DNA from: an uncultured Anaerolineales bacterium
GTDB taxonomy: Bacteria > Chloroflexota > Anaerolineae > B4-G1
Reading direction: 5' to 3'
NCBI GenBank assembly: GCA_964450435.1
Contig: CAYVCX010000003.1
Span: 56,221-120,220 of the forward strand
DNA length: 64,000 nt
Shown here: positions 1-8,114 of the stretch, piece by piece
Numbering within the stretch: position 1 is the first letter of the stretch
Layout: each line of letters opens with the position of its first letter
Program-made: the position numbers and the translations under genes
The notes under the pieces: model-generated
Seen by the model: the letters and a program-made list of their open reading frames with translations, nothing else
Told to the model about the DNA's origin: nothing
Database searches by the model: none

Positions 1-721
1 TCTCTACCGTGCCGTGGTCGGCGGTAACTATCGCCGCGACCCCCGCCTCCTGTGCCGCGTCCAGCACGCTCCCCAGCTGCGCATCCACCGTCGAGATGGC
101 GCACTTGATCGCCGCGCGATCCTCACTGTGCCCGATCACGTCGACGTTGGCCCAGTTGACCACCAGCAAATCGACTGACTCATCCCGCAGTGCCTGAATG
201 GCGGCATTGGCGACATCTTCCGCCCGCATCGAAGGCGGAGGAAGGTAGCCTTCGAAGTCCGACGATTCGATGATGTGCCATTCCTCGCCGGGGAACGGTT
301 TCTCACGCCCGCCGTTCAAGAATTTGGTCACGTGAACTTCTTTCTCCGATTCCACGATCTTGAGTTGGCGCCTGCCCGCTTTGCTGACCGTTGCGCTCAG
401 TGTATCCTGAATCACACCCTCGGGGGGGAAGGCCACGCGGGCGTGGAGATCAGGGTGATATTCGATCATCGTCGTCCAGTGGGTCGTGATGGGCTCACGC
501 TCGAAATGCGGAAACTCCTCGTCGACGAAGGCCTGGGTCAACTCAATCTCGCGCTCACCTCGGATGTCGTAGAAGATGACGTAATCACCGTCCCCAACGC
601 GGCCGATGGCCTCTCCGCCTTCGTTGACGAGCACGAGCGGTTCCATAGTCTCGTCGTCCTCGCCGGTAAGGTAAGCAGCGCGGACGGCTGCGGCGAGGGG
701 GTAAGTCTGATCATCTTGCAT
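1..721 (-). CDS. cofactor-independent phosphoglycerate mutase-like metalloenzyme (iPGM/ApgM family); the 3' end runs past the window start
   Basis: Minus-strand ORF open to position 1. Its translation carries VHVTKFLNGG, NWANVDVIGHSE and TADHGTVE, which match phosphatase-domain signatures of 2,3-BPG-independent PGM. The ATG (complement of 719-721) is preceded by GGAG. An in-frame stop sits two codons upstream, so the iPGM N-terminal transferase domain is not encoded here. Confidence 0.6.
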   Translation of the reverse strand, partial: MQDDQTYPLAAAVRAAYLTGEDDETMEPLVLVNEGGEAIGRVGDGDYVIFYDIRGEREIELTQAFVDEEFPHFEREPITTHWTTMIEYHPDLHARVAFPPEGVIQDTLSATVSKAGRRQLKIVESEKEVHVTKFLNGGREKPFPGEEWHIIESSDFEGYLPPPSMRAEDVANAAIQALRDESVDLLVVNWANVDVIGHSEDRAAIKCAISTVDAQLGSVLDAAQEAGVAAIVTADHGTVE

Positions 722-886
722 AGATCACTCCGTCAATTGACACCTTGGGCGCGAATGGCGTCCGACTGCCGTCGTTGGGAGTCGAATGCAGTTTCACGGC
801 TCTGTCGTCGCGGGAGATTGTATCACGGCCCAGGGTGGTGAGCAAATCTGTGACTCCGAGGATCCCGACGTGCGCTTCTTCCGCCA

Positions 887-914
887 TTGACAGCGGCCGA
901 GAATAGGCTATAAT
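887..914 (+). promoter_or_regulatory. sigma-A type promoter for the thrS leader
   Basis: TTGACA at 887-892, a 16-nt spacer, then TATAAT at 909-914. It lies upstream of the T-box leader. Confidence 0.55.
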
Positions 915-920
915 ACTCTA

Positions 921-1197
921 AGAATCCAGAGCTGACAAAACGTCGAGCGGGACGAGTATTGGCCAGCAGGGTCATAGAGAGAAGGGGTCGTTGGCTGGAA
1001 GCCCCTTTGCCCGGAAGGCTAAGAAAACCCCCCGGGAGTGGGTCTCTCAAATCGCGTGATGGCGCGATGTGGACGGCGCGAGAGTATGGGACCACGGGCA
1101 GGCCCGTTATCGCCTCAAGAGTGTGCGGCAGGAGGAGCCGCAAACTTGGGTGGAACCACGTGGGAGATCCCCGCGCCCCAAGGGCGTGGGGTTTTTG
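921..1197 (+). promoter_or_regulatory. T-box riboswitch leader (probable Thr specifier) ending in an intrinsic terminator
   Basis: AGAGAGAAGG near the 5' end looks like a stem-I element. A candidate ACC specifier codon is at 1027-1029. AACUUGGGUGGAACCACGUGGG at 1143-1164 matches the T-box consensus AAUUAGGGUGGNACCGCG. It is followed by a hairpin CCCCGCGCCC-CAAG-GGGCGUGGGG and then UUUUU (1169-1197). All of this sits directly upstream of thrS. Confidence 0.55.
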
Positions 1198-1299
1198 CAT
1201 GTTGGATCGAAGAAGTGATCCCGACTAGCGCGGTCGAGACCGACCACCCGGCACCCGAGAATCTGCTGTCTAGTCGGTCATCTATTAGGGAGGAAGAAG

Positions 1300-3102
1300 A
1301 TGTCTGACGAACACAAAGTTGAGGACAACGGTCGTCTGCACCGTATCCGGCATTCGACCGCCCACGTAATGGCACAAGCCGTGCTGGAGAAGTTCCCGGA
1401 CGGAAAGGTCGCTATCGGACCCGCCATCGACACGGGGTTCTACTACGACTTCGATCTACCCCGTCCCCTGACGCCGGAGGATCTGGAGGAGATCGAGAAA
1501 CGAATGCGCGAGATCATCGACTCGCAGGTTGAGTTCGTCCGTGAGGAGGTCGACGAAAAGGAAGCGCGGCAGATCTTCGAGGACCAGCCCTACAAACAGG
1601 AGCTCATCGACGATATCGTGGCCGGTGAGCTGGACGAGCACGGCGAGTCCGTCGAGGGTGAAGTGGAGCTTTCCGTTTACCGCCACGGGCCCTTCGCAGA
1701 TCTCTGCCGGGGGCCGCACGTCGAAAACACCGGCGAAATCAACCCCGACGCGCTGAAGTTGCTCAACGTTGCCGGAGCATACTGGCGCGGCGACGAAAGT
1801 CGTCCGATGCTCCAGCGGATCTACGGCACGGTCTGGCAGACTGAAGAGCAGCTTGAAGAGTTCCTGGCTTGGCAGGAGGAGGTTGAACAGCGTGACCACC
1901 GACGTCTGATCAAGGCGTTGGACCTTCTTAGCTTCCATGAAGAAGGCGGATCCGGACTGGCGTATTGGCACCCCAAGGGCGGCCGCGTACGGCAGATCAT
2001 CGAGGACTTCTGGCGGGCTCGCCATCGAGAGGGCGGCTACGAGATCGTGTATACCCCCCACATTGGGAAAGGGGAGCTGTGGCAGCAGTCCGGACATCTG
2101 GACTTCTACGAGGAGAGCATGTACGCGCCTATGGATGTTGACGGCGTGGACTACTACCTTAAACCCATGAACTGCCCGTTCCACATCTTGATCTACAAGT
2201 CCGACATCCGTTCTTACCGTGATCTGCCCCTCCGCTGGGCGGAGTTGGGGACTGTCTACCGTTATGAACGGAGCGGGGTGCTCCATGGCTTGCTCCGTGT
2301 GCGTGGCTTTACCCAGGACGACGCTCACATCTTCTGCACCCCGGACCAGATTCAGGGTGAGATCCTGCGCGTGCTTGATTTCAGCCTCAGCTTGTTGCGC
2401 AGCTTTGGGTTTGAGGAATTCAAGGTGCAGTTGAGCGTGCGCGATCCCGGGAAGCCGGATGAGTACGCTGGCGAGGCAGCTATGTGGGACGAGGCGGAGG
2501 AATCGCTGGTCAGGGCCATCGAGGCACGCGAGCTATCCTATGACCGCATCGAAGGCGAAGCCGTCTTCTATGGGCCCAAGATCGACATCCACATCAAGGA
2601 CGCCCTGGGCCGGACGTGGCAGTTGACGACCATTCAGTTCGACTTCAACGTCCCTGACCGGTTCGACTTGACCTATGTCGGGGAGGACGGGAACTATCAC
2701 CGCCCCTATATGGTCCACCGAGCCCTGTTGGGCAGCATCGAGCGTTTCTTCGGCATCCTGGTCGAGCACTACGCCGGCGCCTTCCCCGTATGGCTGAGCC
2801 CGGTCCAGGCAGTTCTGATCCCCATCGTCGACCGTCACGTTGCGTACGTCGAATCGGTGGCCGAGCGCCTGCGTGTGGCGGGATTCAGGGTGGAGGTCGA
2901 CGACTCCAGCGATCGCATGGGAGCCAAGATCCGCAATGCGCAGATGCAGAAGGTGCCTTACATGCTCATCGTCGGGGACCGCGAGATGGAAGCCGGGCAA
3001 GTCAATCTTCGGCTTCGAAACGAGGAGGTCCTCGGCGCCATGAGCGTGGACGAGTTCATCACTCTGGCCCGCGACGCCGTCAGAGCCCGGCGGCAGCTGT
3101 AG
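1300..3102 (+). CDS. thrS: threonyl-tRNA synthetase
   Basis: 600-aa ORF with HSTAHVMAQAV (editing-domain zinc motif) and class-II aaRS catalytic motifs (FRVRGFTQDDAHIF). SD GGGAGG lies 6 nt upstream of the ATG. The frame closes at 1216-1218, so the N-terminal TGS domain found in most bacterial ThrRS is absent. Confidence 0.93.
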   Translation: MSDEHKVEDNGRLHRIRHSTAHVMAQAVLEKFPDGKVAIGPAIDTGFYYDFDLPRPLTPEDLEEIEKRMREIIDSQVEFVREEVDEKEARQIFEDQPYKQELIDDIVAGELDEHGESVEGEVELSVYRHGPFADLCRGPHVENTGEINPDALKLLNVAGAYWRGDESRPMLQRIYGTVWQTEEQLEEFLAWQEEVEQRDHRRLIKALDLLSFHEEGGSGLAYWHPKGGRVRQIIEDFWRARHREGGYEIVYTPHIGKGELWQQSGHLDFYEESMYAPMDVDGVDYYLKPMNCPFHILIYKSDIRSYRDLPLRWAELGTVYRYERSGVLHGLLRVRGFTQDDAHIFCTPDQIQGEILRVLDFSLSLLRSFGFEEFKVQLSVRDPGKPDEYAGEAAMWDEAEESLVRAIEARELSYDRIEGEAVFYGPKIDIHIKDALGRTWQLTTIQFDFNVPDRFDLTYVGEDGNYHRPYMVHRALLGSIERFFGILVEHYAGAFPVWLSPVQAVLIPIVDRHVAYVESVAERLRVAGFRVEVDDSSDRMGAKIRNAQMQKVPYMLIVGDREMEAGQVNLRLRNEEVLGAMSVDEFITLARDAVRARRQL

Positions 3103-3227
3103 TAGAGAGCATAGGGATGGTGAGGGCTGCCTTGCGCCTGTGGCGAAGGTCTCGCTTCGAACCCGCGCTTACCCACGGCTTCCCATCTGCGTCCGGGCCT
3201 CGCCGCGGAGAACGTAGTCGCGGGAAT

Positions 3228-3256
3228 TTGACATGTGGGCTCAACTATGCTATTAT
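3228..3256 (+). promoter_or_regulatory. sigma-A promoter of infC
   Basis: TTGACA at 3228-3233, a 17-nt spacer, then TATTAT at 3251-3256. Confidence 0.5.
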
Positions 3257-3311
3257 GATCTGCAATCGATTCGCTGGTGAACCCAGATGCATCTTGAGGA
3301 GGTAAGACCCC

Positions 3312-3827
3312 ATTAGCGAGAAGTCATACCGTGTCAATCGGCAGATCCGTGTCTCGCCCGTTCGGCTAGTCGATGCCGAGGGTGAAAACAGGGGCGTAGT
3401 GCCACTGGAGGAAGCCGTCGATGCAGCCATCTCCGCCAACATGGATCTCGTCGAGGTCGCACCCCAGGCCAATCCTCCCGTAGTCAAGGTGATGGACTAC
3501 GGCAAGTTCAAGTACGAGCAGGAGAAGAAAGCTCAGCAGGCTCGTAAGTCCCAGAAGCACGTCGAGGTCAAGGAGATCCAGCTGCGGCCCAAGACGGCCG
3601 ATCACCATCTCGATTTCAAGGTGCGTCGGGCCAGAGGATGGCTCCGGGAGGGGAAAAAGGTCAAGGTGCGCCTCCGTTTCAGGGGGCGTGAGATCACGTA
3701 TCCCGAGATCGGGCGGGAGCGACTGCGGAACATCGCTGAGGAGCTGTCGGACATTGCGGAAGTTGAGCAGCGGCCGAGCATGGACCGGTATTCGATGCTC
3801 ATGGTCTTGACTCCAAAGGATGAATAG
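3312..3827 (+). CDS. infC: translation initiation factor IF-3, using an AUU start codon
   Basis: The frame opens after TAA at 3303-3305. There is no ATG, GTG or TTG before the conserved N-terminal block RVNRQIRVSPVRLVDAEGENRGVV. ATT at 3312 is preceded by GAGGAGG (3294-3300). The rest is typical IF3 sequence (MDLVEVAP...KEIQLRPKT). Confidence 0.85.
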   Translation: MSEKSYRVNRQIRVSPVRLVDAEGENRGVVPLEEAVDAAISANMDLVEVAPQANPPVVKVMDYGKFKYEQEKKAQQARKSQKHVEVKEIQLRPKTADHHLDFKVRRARGWLREGKKVKVRLRFRGREITYPEIGRERLRNIAEELSDIAEVEQRPSMDRYSMLMVLTPKDE

Positions 3828-3938
3828 CGCTCCATCACCCGACGGTTCGTCGTGGATCGCTGTGCAGACGAGCTGCCGGTGGAGCCGCTTTGTGCTGAAG
3901 GTCTGGTCTTAGTCCGGTCTTAAAGGAGTAACGTAGCA

Positions 3939-4292
3939 GTGCGAGTCAAAGGTGGAACAACTAGGCGTCGTCGCCACAAGAAGGTTCTTCGAGACACCAA
4001 GGGGTATTGGGGGACGCGGCATCAGCTCTTCCGCCGAGCCAACGAGGCTTGGATGAAGTCCCAGTGGTACGCGTATCGGGATCGGCGTCAACGCCGGCGT
4101 GATCTACGGCGGCTGTGGATTACGCGCATCAACGCCGCGGCGCGGCAGAACGGGATGCCCTACAGCCGTTTCATCCACGGCCTGAAGGAAGCCAACGTCA
4201 CCTTGGATCGGAAGATCCTGGCCGATCTCGCCGTGCGAGACCGGGATGCATTTGCCGAGATTGTCCAGGTGGCGAAGGACGCTGTCGTGTAG
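3939..4292 (+). CDS. rplT: 50S ribosomal protein L20
   Basis: 117 aa with [29 protein letters not shown], which is characteristic of L20. GTG start; AAGGAG lies upstream. Confidence 0.9.
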   Translation: MRVKGGTTRRRRHKKVLRDTKGYWGTRHQLFRRANEAWMKSQWYAYRDRRQRRRDLRRLWITRINAAARQNGMPYSRFIHGLKEANVTLDRKILADLAVRDRDAFAEIVQVAKDAVV

Positions 4293-4320
4293 AAGTCAGT
4301 CCGGTCAACTGGGGACATGG

Positions 4321-4348
4321 GGAGCCAGCCTCTTGCTGGCTCCTTTTT
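4321..4348 (+). terminator. intrinsic terminator after rplT
   Basis: GGAGCCAGC-CUCUU-GCUGGCUCC followed by UUUUU. Confidence 0.7.
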
Positions 4349-4710
4349 GGTGCCGTGTAGCCGGCTGATCCATCGACGCTCAAGGAGGGTCACGACCGCG
4401 CGGATGACGGGGGAGTGGGGCAACGGGTGCTCAGCTCTCGCCCGAGTGGTCGGTGGTGGGTCTCCGTTGGCGAGTGCGCATCGACCACGGCAAGATGTCC
4501 AAAGCGCCTTATTCCCGTACGTGGACGGGATGGTGGACTTCATCCGCCGTTTCAGGGCTGTGGAAAACGACAGACCTCAGGTGACGCGGGACAGCTGATC
4601 GTTGCCCCCTGTCCCGCGCTGCCTTCCTCCCAACCCAGTGCATCCCAGATGGCCCCATAAACCGTTGCCCTGGCGCGGTCGATCTTCCCTGCAGATGCTC
4701 TAGCTGTTAC

Positions 4711-4739
4711 TTGACATTGCGAACGTTTGTTCGTATAAT
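4711..4739 (+). promoter_or_regulatory. consensus sigma-A promoter with an embedded LexA (Cheo-type SOS) box
   Basis: TTGACA at 4711-4716, a 17-nt spacer, then TATAAT at 4734-4739. The spacer contains CGAACGTTTGTTCG (4720-4733), which matches CGAAC-N4-GTTCG. The start codon (GTG 4745 or ATG 4757) sits 6-18 nt after the -10, so the mRNA has little or no leader. Confidence 0.6.
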
Positions 4740-4744
4740 GGGTT

Positions 4745-5896
4745 GTGGAGGGCGCGATGGACGCTGTTGATAAACTCAGGCTGCTGGGGCCCGCTACCTG
4801 CTTCGAGCCAGCGGAGGAGGTGGCTCGGGCTCGCCCGTCCGCGGCCCAGTCGCGCGTTGATGACATCACCCGCTGCATTCACGATGCCGTGCGGCCCGGC
4901 GGCAAGCCCATCGCGCTCCTTAAGACGCTTCTTACCTCTGCCTGCGAGCGCGACTGTCACTACTGCGCCTTCCGCCAGGGGAGGGACTTCCGTCGGACGA
5001 CCTTCTCCCCTGATGAGCTGGCCCGACTGTTCGTGCAGATCCATCGGAGTGGCCTTGCCCAGGGGTTGTTCCTGAGCTCTGCCCTGGCCGGTGGCGGGCC
5101 GAACACCCAGGATCGACTCATCGCAACTGCCGAGATTCTCCGCCGCCATCAGTTCCGTGGATACATTCACCTTAAGATCATGCCGGGGGCCGAACGCGAA
5201 CAGGTCGAGGCGGCGATGCGCCTCGCTGATCGCGTCTCTGTCAACCTGGAGGCCCCCAACACCAACCGTCTCAGCTCCGTCGCTCCGCACAAGACATTCC
5301 ATGCGGAGCTGTTGCAGCGGCTGCGCTGGATTGACGACGTTCGACTCCAGGGACCTGGGCCCTGGCCCAGCTCGACCACCCAGTTCGTCGTGGGCGCCGG
5401 CGATGAGAGCGACATCGAACTCCTGACGACGACCGAGTTCCTGCATCGGGAGGCCGGTCTCGCGCGAACCTACTTTATGGCGTTTACGCCGGTTCCAGAT
5501 ACCCCGCTGGAGGACCACCCCCCCACGCCGGCGGAGCGGGAGCACCGGCTCTACCAGGCCTCATTTCTTCTCCGTGACTACGGATTCGCTGCCGAAGAGC
5601 TTCCGTTCAGCGAAGATGGGAACCTGCCTCTGGAGACCGATCCCAAGCTGGCCTGGGCGCGCCGCAGTCTGACAGAGACCCCGGTGGAGATCAATACGGC
5701 TACCCGCCAGGAGCTCCTGCGGGTGCCCGGGATCGGGCCGAAGAGCGCGGACCGGATCGCCGAAGCGCGCCGTCGTGGCAGACTGCGCGACTTGAGCGAC
5801 CTCGGCAAGCTGGGAATCGCCAGCAAGCGCGCGGCCCCCTTCGTCCTCCTCGACGGGCATCGTCCCCCACGCCAGCTTCGCCTCTGGTCTGACTGA
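4745..5896 (+). CDS. putative DNA modification/repair radical SAM protein with C-terminal helix-hairpin-helix (TIGR03916-like)
   Basis: CERDCHYC, a CxxxCxxC radical-SAM motif, near the N-terminus. C-terminal INTATRQELLRVPGIGPKSADRIAEAR is an HhH DNA-binding motif. 383 aa. Confidence 0.75.
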   Translation: MEGAMDAVDKLRLLGPATCFEPAEEVARARPSAAQSRVDDITRCIHDAVRPGGKPIALLKTLLTSACERDCHYCAFRQGRDFRRTTFSPDELARLFVQIHRSGLAQGLFLSSALAGGGPNTQDRLIATAEILRRHQFRGYIHLKIMPGAEREQVEAAMRLADRVSVNLEAPNTNRLSSVAPHKTFHAELLQRLRWIDDVRLQGPGPWPSSTTQFVVGAGDESDIELLTTTEFLHREAGLARTYFMAFTPVPDTPLEDHPPTPAEREHRLYQASFLLRDYGFAAEELPFSEDGNLPLETDPKLAWARRSLTETPVEINTATRQELLRVPGIGPKSADRIAEARRRGRLRDLSDLGKLGIASKRAAPFVLLDGHRPPRQLRLWSD

Positions 5897-5903
5897 GCGT
5901 TCG

Positions 5904-6704
5904 ATGCTTCGGGCAACGTCGCACGGCGCCATCACCCGTATACACTTGGCCCGAACGGTCCTCGGTCACCCTCTTCGGACAGTCGAGGCCTATCTCGTAG
6001 ACGGCCTGCTCATCGATAGCGGTCCCCCCGCTACGGCTTGCCAGATGGTCGCCTGGTGCCGTGAGCGAGACGTCCGTCAGGTGATCAACACCCATCACCA
6101 CGAGGACCACTCCGGCGGCGATGCCTCTCTTGGAGCTTGCTTGGGACTTCCAGTCGCCGCACCGGCGAAAGCGCTCCTCGCTCTCAAGCACGTCCCCCAC
6201 CTCCCATTTTACCGTCGTCTCGTCTGGGGCCAGCCGGCCGACGTCACGGTGCAGCCTCTGGGCAAGGTCGTATCGACGGCGCAGCATCGTTTCCTTGTGA
6301 TACCCACTCCAGGTCACTCCACCGATCACGTCTGTTTCTTCGAACCGGATGAGAGATGGCTCTTCAGCGGCGACTTATTCATCCACGAGCGGGCGCGCTA
6401 TCTTCGAGCAGACGAGGACGCGCATCGGATCTTGGCCTCGCTTCGGCGTGTCCTGGCACTCCAGCCCCGCCTGCTGATCTGTTCCCACGCAGGTTTCGTG
6501 GAGGACGGCTCCACGGCCATTGTGCGCAAGATCGCCTACTGGGAGAACCTCCTTGTACAGGCGCACGCGCTTCGAGAGGAAGGGCTCTCCGTGGACGAGG
6601 TGACGCGGAATCTGTTGGGCCCCGAAGGTCTCGCAACACGGATCAGTCGAGGACACTTCTCCAAGCAGAACCTGGTAAACTCCCTCTTGAGCAAAGCCGT
6701 GTAA
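5904..6704 (+). CDS. MBL-fold metallo-hydrolase
   Basis: THHHEDHSGG (HxHxDH) metallo-beta-lactamase motif. Starts 7 nt after the radical-SAM stop codon, so the two genes are probably co-transcribed. Confidence 0.75.
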   Translation: MLRATSHGAITRIHLARTVLGHPLRTVEAYLVDGLLIDSGPPATACQMVAWCRERDVRQVINTHHHEDHSGGDASLGACLGLPVAAPAKALLALKHVPHLPFYRRLVWGQPADVTVQPLGKVVSTAQHRFLVIPTPGHSTDHVCFFEPDERWLFSGDLFIHERARYLRADEDAHRILASLRRVLALQPRLLICSHAGFVEDGSTAIVRKIAYWENLLVQAHALREEGLSVDEVTRNLLGPEGLATRISRGHFSKQNLVNSLLSKAV

Positions 6705-6836
6705 TCGCTGTTTCCCGCGCTCCTTCTGGCTCTTTCGCTCAACCACACCCGTCGCGGTGCATGCTTCGCCCTCCGACCCCTGGACGGGGGAGCACGCTGT
6801 TCAGCAGCGGACTTCAGGTAGATCAGCCATCCGTGA

Positions 6837-7652
6837 CTATCGCAGCCCGGCAAACAGGTCCGTCTCCACGTCCTGGGGCCGGGCGACCGTTGAGCGGGTC
6901 AACAGAAAGTACTCGTTCGTGAACCCTGGGTCATCCAGAACTCTCTCCAGCGTGTCGCCAAGGTGCTTCTGCCGCCCCACCTGCGTCGCGTGACACCGTA
7001 TTCCGCGCAGTTTCTGCTCCGCGTAGTCGCTCACGTCGATGACTGTCGTGACCTCTGCCAAAGCTGGACCCGCGAACGAGAATGGGACGCCGTCCATCAT
7101 CATCGCCGTTGGTTCGCCCCTCTCTCTTCTGGCCTCGATCTGTTCCTGCGGCATTACGCGGAAGTAGAGTTTGCTCACTTGATGCGGTTTACACGAGTCG
7201 CTGAAGTGATGGGGGAAGCAGTCGGAGTCGGCGGCCATGCCCGCAGCGATGGTGGTCCACCGGTGCACCGCGATGTGGTCATAGTGCCCGTAGATGCCCT
7301 CGGGTCCAAACGTGACGACTACCTGCGGCCTGATCTCCCGGATGAGGCGCACCACTTTGCCCACTGCTTGTCCCTGATGGATGAGAGGAAGCAGCCCATC
7401 GGCGTAGCCTAGAAAGCGGGGCGGATGGATGCCGTAGACATCGCAGGCGCAGCGCAGCTCTTGCTCGCGTACGAATGGTAAGTCGGCGTCGGTTGCCAGC
7501 TCCGGTTCCACGATTTGACCTGCCTCACCCCGCGTGGCGGTGACCAGGTAGACGTCGCAGCCCTCGGCGGCATACTTGCTCAGTGTGCCTCCGGTGCCGA
7601 AGGCCTCATCGTCGGGATGGGCAAAGATGGTCATCAAGGTCAGCTTGCTCAA
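6837..7652 (-). CDS. PIG-L family deacetylase (LmbE/BshB/MshB-like)
   Basis: MTIFAHPDDEAFGTGGTL is the PIG-L signature, and HYDHIAVH is also present. The ORF as listed extends to 7850, but the likely start is TTG at 7652 or ATG at 7634, which sit downstream of GGAGG and of a promoter at 7690-7718. Confidence 0.7.
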   Translation of the reverse strand: MSKLTLMTIFAHPDDEAFGTGGTLSKYAAEGCDVYLVTATRGEAGQIVEPELATDADLPFVREQELRCACDVYGIHPPRFLGYADGLLPLIHQGQAVGKVVRLIREIRPQVVVTFGPEGIYGHYDHIAVHRWTTIAAGMAADSDCFPHHFSDSCKPHQVSKLYFRVMPQEQIEARRERGEPTAMMMDGVPFSFAGPALAEVTTVIDVSDYAEQKLRGIRCHATQVGRQKHLGDTLERVLDDPGFTNEYFLLTRSTVARPQDVETDLFAGLR

Positions 7653-7689
7653 CGTTGGCCTCCGTCCCTGATACTCTTTGAGGTGCCAG

Positions 7690-7718
7690 ATATTAGCACA
7701 CTGCCGAGAGCTGGTCAA
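7690..7718 (-). promoter_or_regulatory. sigma-A promoter of the PIG-L deacetylase gene
   Basis: On the minus strand: TTGACC, a 17-nt spacer, then TAATAT. Confidence 0.45.
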
Positions 7719-8050
7719 AGAGCGCGCATCTGATACGCAAATCCCTGTTGCCAATCGATCACCCAAGGAGTACCCGACGACCGGCGGCCAGGATTGAAGT
7801 CCCTGTTTGCCGGGGCAGGGGCCCTGCGCAGGCGAGGATCCGGACGGCATTGTTGTTGCCTCGTAATGGTCCGTCCACCTGCGGCGCGATTGGACGCTGT
7901 ACAGCCACGATGCATAGTTGTGTGGGATCCGGACTCAAGAGACAGGGCTTACTCGTCCCGTGTTTGGAACTCGCGGCAGAACAGGTCGATTCACAGGGTC
8001 AGCGTCGACGAGTCGATGAACCGGCTCACGGTGGTCGTGCCGCCAGCAAG

Positions 8051-8088
8051 AGTAAGAAGCAACAGGCCCCAGGGCGGTCCCTGGGGCC
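8051..8088 (-). terminator. intrinsic terminator after lon
   Basis: On the minus strand: GGCCCCAGGG-ACCG-CCCUGGGGCC followed by UGUUGCUUCUUACU. Confidence 0.6.
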
Positions 8089-8114
8089 TCGGTTACGGGC
8101 TGTAGATGAGGAGC

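Noticed and set aside
275-841. 188-aa plus-strand ORF
   Set aside because: It lies antisense to the well-supported iPGM-like gene, has no motifs, and overlaps the thrS promoter region.
1456-2328. 290-aa minus-strand ORF
   Set aside because: Entirely antisense to thrS. This is a typical high-GC shadow ORF.
4700-5545. 281-aa minus-strand ORF
   Set aside because: Antisense to the radical-SAM gene. Arg/Pro-rich with no motifs.
7691-7719. Half-CIRCE-like element TTAGCACAC-N9-CTGGTCAAA
   Set aside because: Only the left arm matches CIRCE and the right arm does not. The sequence is better explained as the -35/-10 region of the PIG-L promoter.
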